Below, piece after piece: positions 26,480-34,027 of a DNA stretch of 64,000 nt (positions are counted from its first letter, which is position 1; the number at the start of each line of letters is the position of its first letter). This DNA is from a virus. The stretch covers positions 32,001-96,000 of the IMG/VR virus record IMGVR_UViG_3300037467_001303, one strand, 5' to 3'. Below the pieces are notes generated by a model. That model was given only the letters and a program-made list of their open reading frames with translations, had not been told where the DNA came from and did no database searches. A program made the position numbers and the translations under genes.

Positions 26480-26544
26480 CTCCTATAGGTGGTTGCCGGG
26501 GACTGCCCCCGCGTCAGCGCCCGTTGTCCAGGCGCTGACACTGG
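26480..26544 (-). repeat. Two-hairpin leader repeat, copy C
   Basis: CCAGTGTCAGCGCC-loop-GGCGCTGACGCGGGG-GCAGT-CCCCG...AGGAGG. Confidence 0.75.
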
Positions 26545-26545
26545 A

Positions 26546-26932
26546 TCAGTCGTCAGCCTGCTCGATCTGCGCCTCGACCCACTGCCAGTAACCGCGCAGG
26601 GTGTCGCCCTCGGCCACTTCGTGCCGCCAGTCGCGGCGCAGGTACTGCGGATGCTCGCCGTTGTCGCGCTCGGTGCTGTACTTCTCCTGTAGCTCGTCGG
26701 CGGCCAGCAGGCGGTCGGAGCGCGCCAGCTCGGGCCGGTAGGGCATGCCGTCCGGCGCGCCTTTCTTGATGTTGAAGTCCCACTCGGACACGGTCGCGTC
26801 CGTCATGGCCGTCAGGATGTCGTGTTGCCCGATGTGGTGCGCGGCGGATTCCAGGTTGTGGCCAAGCTGCGCCGCGTCGGATTCGTCCGCGTCGAAGGTG
26901 AAGTTCAGGATCAGGCGTCGTTTGATGAGCAT
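26546..26932 (-). CDS. Hypothetical protein
   Basis: GEHP.Y...DW..EV....T..GYW.WV; GGAGG RBS. Confidence 0.7.
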   Translation of the reverse strand: MLIKRRLILNFTFDADESDAAQLGHNLESAAHHIGQHDILTAMTDATVSEWDFNIKKGAPDGMPYRPELARSDRLLAADELQEKYSTERDNGEHPQYLRRDWRHEVAEGDTLRGYWQWVEAQIEQADD

Positions 26933-26945
26933 GGTCGCCTCCGTC

Positions 26946-27452
26946 TCACAGCAGGCCACATTCGGCCATCGAGCACGATGCGGCCGCGGTGACGATGATG
27001 TGGTCAAGCACGCGCACGTCGATCAGGGCCAGCGCCTGCGACAGCTGGTTGGTCAGCACCTTGTCGGCCTCGCTCGGTTCGACCTTGCCCGACGGATGAT
27101 TGTGCGCAAGGATCACGTGGGCGGCGTTGTGGTGCAGCGCGGCCTTGACCACTTCGCGCGGGTAGACCCTCGCGCCGGTCAGGTCGCCCCGGAACATTTC
27201 CTCGCGCGCGATCAGGCAGTTCTTGGCGTCCAGGAACAGCACCATGAAGACTTCGTGTTCCAGCTCGCCGGCGTACAGGCGCATGTACTCGCGCACCGCC
27301 GACGGACGGGTCAGCAGCTCGCCGGGCTTGCGCATGCGGTTCGAGAGGATCGACAGGGCGCGGCGGATCGTGGCGTCCTCGCGCTGCCTGCGGGTGTCCG
27401 GGCGCGGTTGAACCGGCTCGGTGTGAAGGGTAACGACGTTCGTGCGGGTCAT
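26946..27452 (-). CDS. radC: RadC/JAB domain protein
   Basis: [28 protein letters not shown] and VLDHIIV motifs. Confidence 0.93.
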   Translation of the reverse strand: MTRTNVVTLHTEPVQPRPDTRRQREDATIRRALSILSNRMRKPGELLTRPSAVREYMRLYAGELEHEVFMVLFLDAKNCLIAREEMFRGDLTGARVYPREVVKAALHHNAAHVILAHNHPSGKVEPSEADKVLTNQLSQALALIDVRVLDHIIVTAAASCSMAECGLL

Positions 27453-27501
27453 GACAGGCTCCAGAGTAGGGCGCAGCCACATGGGCCGCGCCGTGGGTTC
27501 A

Positions 27502-27873
27502 TCAGGCAGGTTGGGCGGCTTCGTCTTGCAGGCGGTAGTATTCGCGCGCCTCGGCCAGCACCTTGTCGATCTCCAGCAGTGCCTGCGCATGGGTGTCGCG
27601 GATGGCCTTCTCGGTGCCGCGCTTGCCTTGTGCTACCAGCAGCACGCGCGACAGGTCGCCGCCAGTGCCGCCCAGGTTGAACCGATGCGACCGGAAATGG
27701 CCCTCCCGCTTGTGGCCCGTCACGCATGTCGCCACGCCGACCACACGGCCCCGCTGTGTGTGCTTGCCAGTGCGGAGCACGATCACGCGGCTGTTGCCGA
27801 TGTCGCACTCGGTCTCTGCTTCCCAATCGGCGTGCAGGGTCTTGCCGATCTTGGTCTGGTGCTGCTGTTCCAT
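27502..27873 (-). CDS. Hypothetical protein, first gene of island 1
   Basis: AGGAGG RBS. Confidence 0.7.
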   Translation of the reverse strand: MEQQHQTKIGKTLHADWEAETECDIGNSRVIVLRTGKHTQRGRVVGVATCVTGHKREGHFRSHRFNLGGTGGDLSRVLLVAQGKRGTEKAIRDTHAQALLEIDKVLAEAREYYRLQDEAAQPA

Positions 27874-27932
27874 GATGCCCTCCTATGGTTGAGTGATTGA
27901 CGGACAGTGCGGGCGCACAAGCCCACGAACAC

Positions 27933-27961
27933 AGTATATAGCATGATGCTACATAAGTACA
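27933..27961 (-). promoter_or_regulatory. Island 1 promoter with overlapping palindromic operator
   Basis: -10 TATACT (27933-38, minus strand); TATATAGCAT-G-ATGCTACATA inverted repeat at 27935-27955; -35 weak. Confidence 0.6.
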
Positions 27962-28007
27962 TGCACGATTGCGCACGGCAATGCGCGCATACCCAGGACA
28001 GAACACC

Positions 28008-28565
28008 ATGAGCACCCAATACGACTTCGCCGCCGCCGAGATCGACTACGCGGCCGGCGGCTATTCGATCAACGCACTGGCGATCAAGCACAACATTCCC
28101 GAGCCGACCTTGCGCAGGTACGCGAAGAAACAGGGCTGGATCAAGGGGACCAGCGATGTTAAGCGCGAACTCGTCCGCGAGGCAATGGCCGGGATGCCGC
28201 TTGACGAATCGTTGACGAACGAAATGACGAATGGCGAGGCGATTCGTCAGGTCCAGCTCGATGAAGCGACGCAGGACGTGGCCGACATGAACACCGGCCT
28301 GGCAGTGGCCCGTAGAAGCATGGGCAAGCTGCTGCAAATGGTCGACCAGGTCGATCACCCCAAGGACGTGAAGACCATCTGCGAGGCCAACAAGCTGGCA
28401 GTGGAGACGATCCGCAAGATTCGCGCACTGGACGACGACACCCCGCCCGAAGCCAGCGTGCAGGTCGAGATCAGCGACGGATTCGCCGAGCTGCGCGCCG
28501 CCTTCCACAAGCGCCTCCAGCAGCCCGTAGGAGCTGTCCAGGACGACGATGCTGGCACTGCCTGA
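28008..28565 (+). CDS. terS: Terminase small subunit
   Basis: N-terminal HTH (SINALAIKHNIPEPTLRRYAKKQGW); directly upstream of TerL. Confidence 0.75.
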   Translation: MSTQYDFAAAEIDYAAGGYSINALAIKHNIPEPTLRRYAKKQGWIKGTSDVKRELVREAMAGMPLDESLTNEMTNGEAIRQVQLDEATQDVADMNTGLAVARRSMGKLLQMVDQVDHPKDVKTICEANKLAVETIRKIRALDDDTPPEASVQVEISDGFAELRAAFHKRLQQPVGAVQDDDAGTA

Positions 28566-30165
28566 CGAATTCCGCGCCACGCTGCACAGCGCGCCGTTCG
28601 ACACGGTCGCGGACCTGTGGGAGCTGGTCGAGACCCGCTACGGCATCGAGGGCAAGGCATGGCTGGGACGCAACGACAGGTTCTACCTGCTCACGCGCCT
28701 GCTGCACCGGCTCGACGCGATCCACCCCTGGCTGTACGCGCGCTGCCGTGAAGTGGAAGCCGAACCCGACGGATGCCTCGACCTGTGGGCGCGCGAGCAC
28801 TACAAGAGCACGATCATCACCTTCGCCGGCATCATCCAGGAAATGATCGTCAATCCCGAGATCACCATCGGCATCTTCTCGCATACCAAGCCGGTTGCCC
28901 GGAAGTTCCTCTTGCAGATCAAGCAGGAGCTGGAAGCGAACAAGGACCTGCACAGCACCTACCCGGACGTGTTCTACACCGATCCACGCGGCCAGTCGCC
29001 GAAGTGGAGCGAAGAGAAGGGCATCGTCATCAAGCGCAAGAGCAACCCCAAGGAAGCCACGCTCGAAGCGCACGGCCTCGTCGACGGCCAGCCGACGGGC
29101 GCCCACTTTTTGCTGCGCGTCTACGACGACGTGGTGACGCGCGAGTCTGTCTCTACGCCGGACCAGGTGAACAAGACCACCACCGCATGGGAGCTGTCCG
29201 ACAACCTCGGCGCACGCGGGGAAGACGGGCGCATCCGGGCCTGGCACGTCGGGACCCGCTACTCCTACATGGACACGTACCAGGAGATCATCGACAGGAA
29301 GATCCTCAAGGTGCGGCTGTATCCGGCCACGAAGGACGGCACGCCGGACGGCGAGCCGGTCTTCCTGACGGCCCAGGCATGGCGCGACAAGAAGCTCGCA
29401 CAAGGCCCGTCCACGATCGCGTGCCAGCAGCTGATGAACCCCGCGGCCGGCAATGAGGCCATGTTCAAGAAGGAATGGCTGTCCTTCATCGACATCCGGC
29501 CCGCAACCCTGAACGTCTACATCATGGTCGACCCCGCCCACTCGAAGAAGAAGGGCAGCGACAACACCGCCATGGCCGTGGTCGGTATCGACGCCGGCGG
29601 CAACAAGTACCTCTTGGACGGCTACCGCCACAAGATGGGCCTGCGGGAGCGATGGGAAGCCTTGAAGGGCCTGCGCAGGTACTGGACCAGCCAGCCAGGT
29701 GTGCAGGCCGTGTTCTGCGGCTACGAACGCTACGGCATGCAGGCCGATCTCGAATACATGGAAGAACAGATGCAGCGCGACCGCGAGGCGTTCGAGATCA
29801 TCGAGCTGAACTGGACCAGCGACGGCGCCCAGGCCAAGGATGACAGGGTCCAGAGGCTTCAGCCCGACTTCATCAGCAAGCGGTTCTACCTGGCCGCCGT
29901 GGTGCAGGGCGAGACTGCCAACCAGCGCCGTATCCGTGAGCAGGGTCAGCCCTTCCGCATCTTCAAGCCCGTCATGCGCCGCGACCACGAAGGGAACATG
30001 TACAGCCTCAACAAAGGGTTCCTCGAAGAGTTCCTGACCTACCCATTCAGCGCCAAGAAGGACCTGATCGACGCCGTCAGCCGCATCTACGACATGTCGC
30101 CGGTCTCCCCGATCCTGATCGACGAGCGGGTGCTGGAGCCGGAAACCTACGCCGACGGGATGTGA
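28549..30165 (+). CDS. terL: Terminase large subunit
   Basis: AREHYKST Walker A variant, YDD Walker B, GTRY, VDPA..DNTA and DLIDA nuclease motifs. Confidence 0.9.
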   Translation: MLALPDEFRATLHSAPFDTVADLWELVETRYGIEGKAWLGRNDRFYLLTRLLHRLDAIHPWLYARCREVEAEPDGCLDLWAREHYKSTIITFAGIIQEMIVNPEITIGIFSHTKPVARKFLLQIKQELEANKDLHSTYPDVFYTDPRGQSPKWSEEKGIVIKRKSNPKEATLEAHGLVDGQPTGAHFLLRVYDDVVTRESVSTPDQVNKTTTAWELSDNLGARGEDGRIRAWHVGTRYSYMDTYQEIIDRKILKVRLYPATKDGTPDGEPVFLTAQAWRDKKLAQGPSTIACQQLMNPAAGNEAMFKKEWLSFIDIRPATLNVYIMVDPAHSKKKGSDNTAMAVVGIDAGGNKYLLDGYRHKMGLRERWEALKGLRRYWTSQPGVQAVFCGYERYGMQADLEYMEEQMQRDREAFEIIELNWTSDGAQAKDDRVQRLQPDFISKRFYLAAVVQGETANQRRIREQGQPFRIFKPVMRRDHEGNMYSLNKGFLEEFLTYPFSAKKDLIDAVSRIYDMSPVSPILIDERVLEPETYADGM

Positions 30166-30356
30166 GCATGCGGATCACCACCAGGAAGTACAGCGAAGCG
30201 GGCGGGCTGACGTTCTACCGCATGCGCTTGGGCGATCACGCCATCGAGCTGATGGCCACCGCCAAGGAAATGCAGGTGGAAGGGCGCCGCCAGGTAGTCG
30301 CAAGGCTGCTGTGGCGTGCCAGGGCCGAGCTGCGCCGGGCAGCAGCCGGCGCCTGA
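30162..30356 (+). CDS. Hypothetical protein
   Basis: GTGA-coupled to terL. Confidence 0.5.
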   Translation: MSMRITTRKYSEAGGLTFYRMRLGDHAIELMATAKEMQVEGRRQVVARLLWRARAELRRAAAGA

Positions 30357-30482
30357 CCGACACCTCGACTCGCACCAGCAACGCCGCTATACTCGATCCT
30401 GCATGGCTGTGGGGGCAATGCCAACGTCCTCGGTGCTGCAAGGTGCCGGGGACGTTTCTACGTCCGGCTCCGGCACTCAGCA

Positions 30483-30617
30483 TCATCGCTTCCACTTTGC
30501 CCCGAGCGCGGCCAGGATCGCGTCGTTGCCCACGCCGCGCACCGTGAACGACCGGAAGTGCTTCCACCGGCAGCGGCCAACGTAGCGCCCCTCTCTCTGG
30601 TTGCGGCTAGTCGTCAT
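30483..30617 (-). CDS. 44-aa SRNQREG-motif protein
   Basis: Hand translation MTTSRNQREGRYVGRCRWKHFRS...; GGAGG RBS. Confidence 0.55.
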   Translation of the reverse strand: MTTSRNQREGRYVGRCRWKHFRSFTVRGVGNDAILAALGAKWKR

Positions 30618-30870
30618 GGCCTGCCTCCTCCAGCACCACCTCGGCCATGATGCCCTTGCTGCGGTAGCGGATGCGCAGCGGCAGGACCGGCGGCACAGGG
30701 CTACGGGCGTTCATCGTCAGCCATGCGACCCCACTGTCAGGGAAGGGGATCGAGACCGGCAGCACCTCAACGTCGCCGACCATCAGCGCATCGAGCATGG
30801 CGCGGCGCCGGACATGCTTGCCGGCCCAGGTTCCGACGTACCAGCCTTCGCGCTGTCGCCGGCTGCTCAT
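30607..30870 (-). CDS. SRRQREG-motif protein
   Basis: MSSRRQREGWYVG; coupled to neighbours. Confidence 0.55.
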   Translation of the reverse strand: MSSRRQREGWYVGTWAGKHVRRRAMLDALMVGDVEVLPVSIPFPDSGVAWLTMNARSPVPPVLPLRIRYRSKGIMAEVVLEEAGHDD

Positions 30871-31031
30871 GCCGCTCCCTGCTGGCCGGTCAGTCTAGCC
30901 ACGGTCTCTTCCAGTTCGCGGACTTTCTCCAGCAAGGCAGCAGCACGCTGCTGTGCCCACTCGGCAGTCTCGAAGGGAAACTGTGCCCGGTAGATGTACT
31001 CCTGCAAGGCCGGGATAATGCTGTCGTTCAT
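30867..31031 (-). CDS. 54-aa hypothetical protein
   Basis: MNDSIIPALQEYIY...; ATGA overlaps on both sides. Confidence 0.5.
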   Translation of the reverse strand: MNDSIIPALQEYIYRAQFPFETAEWAQQRAAALLEKVRELEETVARLTGQQGAA

Positions 31032-31384
31032 AGCGCCCCCTGTCCATCGAGCATGCGGTTCGCCACCAGCGGCACGCCGAGTTCCCGCGCCATCCTGCGT
31101 GCGAGCTGGCCACGACGGAAGGCGCGAGCGAACTGCGCGTGCGGCCTCGGCACCAGTGGAGCGTAGCGGCGCACCGCCCTGCCATCCACATGGCCCATGT
31201 AGAAGCCCTCCCGCTGGTTGCGGCTGGTGGGCATGGTCCCCGGCAAGATACCCGACACGACCCAGGCAGCGTACTGGTTGCGGGTCAGGCCCAGGAACTC
31301 GCGCAGGGTCCGGCCCTCGCCCTCACCGGCATGCCAGCGTTCGGTGAGATCGTCGAGCTGTTCAAGGGATGGCAGTCGGGTCAT
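31028..31384 (-). CDS. Hypothetical protein with internal SRNQREG motif
   Basis: ERWH...L.EFLGLT..QY..WV followed by MPTSRNQREGFYMG. Confidence 0.6.
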   Translation of the reverse strand: MTRLPSLEQLDDLTERWHAGEGEGRTLREFLGLTRNQYAAWVVSGILPGTMPTSRNQREGFYMGHVDGRAVRRYAPLVPRPHAQFARAFRRGQLARRMARELGVPLVANRMLDGQGAL

Positions 31385-31671
31385 GCAGGCAGCTCGCCGG
31401 TATGCACCTGGCCAGCCTGCACCAGTGCAAGGTACTCTGGATCGTCGTAGATGCGCTTCGAGCCGACCACGGCGCGGTAGATGCGACCCTCGGCGTCCGA
31501 GAACAGGCACAGGTCGCTGTTCGAGACGGTGCGATTGCGCCCGCAGGCCTTGCCGTTGGAGACGACGTAGCGGACCGCGCAGCCGGCGTCCAGCGCCTTG
31601 CGGAACGCGTGCTCGTCCTTCATGCCGATCACGGTGTCGGCAATGCGTTGCGCCCTCTTGATCACGGCCAT
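31381..31671 (-). CDS. Hypothetical protein
   Basis: Coupled ORF. Confidence 0.55.
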   Translation of the reverse strand: MAVIKRAQRIADTVIGMKDEHAFRKALDAGCAVRYVVSNGKACGRNRTVSNSDLCLFSDAEGRIYRAVVGSKRIYDDPEYLALVQAGQVHTGELPA

Positions 31672-31672
31672 G

Positions 31673-31903
31673 TCAGAAGTCCTCGTAGTTCAGGGTTGGC
31701 TTGTCCAGGGCGACCAGCATCTTCGTCAGGCCGGTCCGCAGGTCCTCGACGCTGTCAAAGCTGGTCGTCATGGCGTTCTGCGTGATCGAGTGCGGCGCCT
31801 CGATGGGCGTGTCGTAGTGCGCTTCGTGGATCGCGTAGGACTCGTAGCGCACGCCTTCGACGATCTGCGTCGAGCGGACGACGCGGTAGTTCCAGGTGTT
31901 CAT
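31673..31903 (-). CDS. Conserved phage hypothetical protein
   Basis: WNYRV...YAIHE.HYD...L..M..ALDKP.L. Confidence 0.65.
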   Translation of the reverse strand: MNTWNYRVVRSTQIVEGVRYESYAIHEAHYDTPIEAPHSITQNAMTTSFDSVEDLRTGLTKMLVALDKPTLNYEDF

Positions 31904-32094
31904 TCGGATTGGTTCCTCGGCAGGGCGTGGAAGGTGTGGTTGCAGTGCGGGCAGGTGTAGATCACCAGGTTGAAGAACGGCTCGACCTCGACCGCATCGG
32001 GATGGCCCCACTGATAGCGGTCCTTGTCCTCCTTCGGCATCGGGTATTCGGCCGTGCAGTAGCGGCGGTGCAGCGGGATGTACGTGGCCTGCAT
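31900..32094 (-). CDS. Small zinc-finger protein
   Basis: W.HPDA...Y.CPHC.H.F. Confidence 0.55.
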   Translation of the reverse strand: MQATYIPLHRRYCTAEYPMPKEDKDRYQWGHPDAVEVEPFFNLVIYTCPHCNHTFHALPRNQSE

Positions 32095-32096
32095 CG

Positions 32097-32336
32097 TCAG
32101 TCCCGCTCCAGCACCCATTCGGCACGGCCGATGTACACCATTTCTTCCCACTGAGCGAAGTAGAACGCCGCGCCACCGGGCTGGCCGTTCTCTCCAGTCA
32201 TCTGGACGTAGACCATGGCGCCGAAGTCCTTCGGCTCGCGGACAGTGGCGAAGCAGCAGGCGAACATCGGGTTGCGGCACTCGGGCGAGAGCTGGACGAC
32301 ATCGCCCTCTTCGAGCTGGCGGGCGTCCGGCTTCAT
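32097..32336 (-). CDS. Hypothetical SH3-like protein
   Basis: GDVVQL.P...FA.CF..V.EPK.FG...YIGRAEW. Confidence 0.6.
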   Translation of the reverse strand: MKPDARQLEEGDVVQLSPECRNPMFACCFATVREPKDFGAMVYVQMTGENGQPGGAAFYFAQWEEMVYIGRAEWVLERD

Positions 32337-32557
32337 GCCTTGCGCTTCTCAAGCGCCTCGATCACGTCGCCGATGGCGCTGCGCAGGGCTTCCAGGTACT
32401 TATCGGCGGGCATGTCCTCGGGGTCCAGCATTTCGGTCAGGTAGGCCGCGATGTCCTCGTCGGTGTTCAGGTAGTCGGACGCCTTCCACGGTTGCAGCGC
32501 GGCGATCTTGTCCTGGTCGAACTGGATGTTGTCGTTGGTGTCGTTGGTGTCGGTCAT
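32333..32557 (-). CDS. Truncated addiction-module antidote-like protein (no HTH)
   Basis: WKASDYLNTDEDIAAYL...ALRSAIGDV resembles the N-terminal half of HI1420-family antitoxins. Confidence 0.6.
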   Translation of the reverse strand: MTDTNDTNDNIQFDQDKIAALQPWKASDYLNTDEDIAAYLTEMLDPEDMPADKYLEALRSAIGDVIEALEKRKA

Positions 32558-32567
32558 GGTTGCTCTC

Positions 32568-32906
32568 TCAGCGGTCGGAAATTCGGGTCATCTGCCCGCA
32601 CTTCTCGCACTTGGTGCGGGATCGTTCGCGCAGGCGTTGCAGCTGGTCATGGTAGCTGCGGCGGTAGTTGTGCCACTGCGTCTCCTGCCTGGCCAGTTCG
32701 CCCAGCACGTGCATCGGGTTCAATCTGGCATGGCAGGTGCCGCACTCGACCTCTGCCAGCTTCTCGTCGATCAGGTACGGCCCCTTGTGGCGGAACATGC
32801 AGGGGCTACGGTCCTTCGGCGCCAGCGTCAGCACCGGCGGATTGTCGGCATCAAGCGGCCCGCGATAGCGTACGCCAAGGGACACCACGTTGTCGTCTTC
32901 GATCAC
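32568..32906 (-). CDS. Zinc-finger phage protein
   Basis: C..H...IDE...VECGTC...LNP...RSRTKCEKCGQMTRI. Confidence 0.65.
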   Translation of the reverse strand: MIEDDNVVSLGVRYRGPLDADNPPVLTLAPKDRSPCMFRHKGPYLIDEKLAEVECGTCHARLNPMHVLGELARQETQWHNYRRSYHDQLQRLRERSRTKCEKCGQMTRISDR

Positions 32907-32908
32907 GG

Positions 32909-33046
32909 TCAGCCCCAGATCGCGTACAGGCCGCCGATCATCCCGATGATGCACAGGACACCATAGACAGGTTCGGCGAAGGCGATGAGGGTACAGCCAG
33001 CGCAGCAGGCCACGCTGGCGATGGCGCGGGCGGTCGGGTTGGTCAT
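32909..33046 (-). CDS. 45-aa membrane peptide
   Basis: MTNPTARAIASVACCAGCTLIAFAEPVYGVLCIIGMIGGLYAIWG, two hydrophobic segments. Confidence 0.5.
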   Translation of the reverse strand: MTNPTARAIASVACCAGCTLIAFAEPVYGVLCIIGMIGGLYAIWG

Positions 33047-33321
33047 GCTTGGCCCTCGGGATCGTCATCGAACGGGATCGGCCTCTCCACCTCGGACGGA
33101 TCGAGCCGGCGATAGGCGCGGAACACGTCGAACACATAGTCGTCTTCCGGGTCCTTGATCGACTCCAGAAAGACCTGGCCAAACTTGGTACGCCAGTGGA
33201 TGAACACGCCGCGCTCGCCGTTCCAACGGGCCACGGTGGCGTTGCGGCAGCGGCCCTCGTAGTAGGCGCCATGCACCAGCTCGGCGCGGGCGATGATCGG
33301 TCGTTCCTTGGGATGCGTCAT
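33043..33321 (-). CDS. Conserved phage hypothetical protein
   Basis: L.HGAYY.GRCRNATVARWNG...F.HWRTKFG. Confidence 0.65.
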   Translation of the reverse strand: MTHPKERPIIARAELVHGAYYEGRCRNATVARWNGERGVFIHWRTKFGQVFLESIKDPEDDYVFDVFRAYRRLDPSEVERPIPFDDDPEGQA

Positions 33322-33575
33322 TCGGTGCGTTCTCCTGGTCCATAAGGCCACGGCAGCGTTTCGACGGTGTAGCCGCAGCCGGCCTTGCAGCACCAGTGGC
33401 CCGGATGGGCGTGCAGCTCGGTCAGCTGCCACCAGCCCAGGTCGTGCCGGCAGCAGGCGCGGCAGATCGTGCTGTGGTTCTCGTCGTACATGTACACGCC
33501 CGCTCCCTTGCAGGTCGGGCAATCGGGCCGCGCATTCTCTGCCGCGTGCCGGAACACGTTGGTCAATTGTGGCAC
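33318..33575 (-). CDS. Cys-rich zinc-finger protein
   Basis: CPTC, CRACCRH and WCCKAGCG. Confidence 0.55.
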   Translation of the reverse strand: MPQLTNVFRHAAENARPDCPTCKGAGVYMYDENHSTICRACCRHDLGWWQLTELHAHPGHWCCKAGCGYTVETLPWPYGPGERTE

Positions 33576-34027
33576 TCCGGGTCCAGCAGATGGCGCAGCT
33601 GTCGATAGTCGCCCAGGCTCACGCCGAAGTCGGGGTTGGTCTGGACGAAGCGCGCCGCCAGCTCGGGATGCCCGTCGCAGATCGCCACGTCATCGACGAT
33701 GGCGAAGGTCGTCACCTCCGGGTGCCGGGCGAGCCAGGCCGCGATCTCCGTGCCCCGTGTGTCGTAGCCGCCATGGTCCGGCGTCTCGTCGATCACCGGC
33801 AGGTCCAGCGCCTCGGCGACAACGCCGGGACGGTGGTAGATGCGCCAGGTCGACGACAGCACGATCACCGCCCCGGTCACGCGGCACACGCGGCGGATCA
33901 GGCCGAGGGCGACGTGGTCGAACCTGGCCATGTCGGCTTCCGAGAAGTCGTGCGGATAGCCGCCCAGCGCAAGGCTGCTGCGCTCGCTGTTGACCACGCC
34001 ATCAATATCAAAGAACAGCACCTTCAT
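33563..34027 (-). CDS. HAD-family protein (Swiss-Army-knife RNA-repair-like HAD)
   Basis: FFDIDGVVN, IVLSSTWR, RG.EI..WL and AIVDD. Confidence 0.85.
   Translation of the reverse strand: MKVLFFDIDGVVNSERSSLALGGYPHDFSEADMARFDHVALGLIRRVCRVTGAVIVLSSTWRIYHRPGVVAEALDLPVIDETPDHGGYDTRGTEIAAWLARHPEVTTFAIVDDVAICDGHPELAARFVQTNPDFGVSLGDYRQLRHLLDPECHN

Noticed and set aside
24552-26544. Hairpin repeats as a CRISPR array or integron
   Set aside because: Copies are 0.7-1.2 kb apart with whole genes between them; no cas gene or integron integrase in the window and no attC RYYYAAC/GTTRRRY ends recognised.
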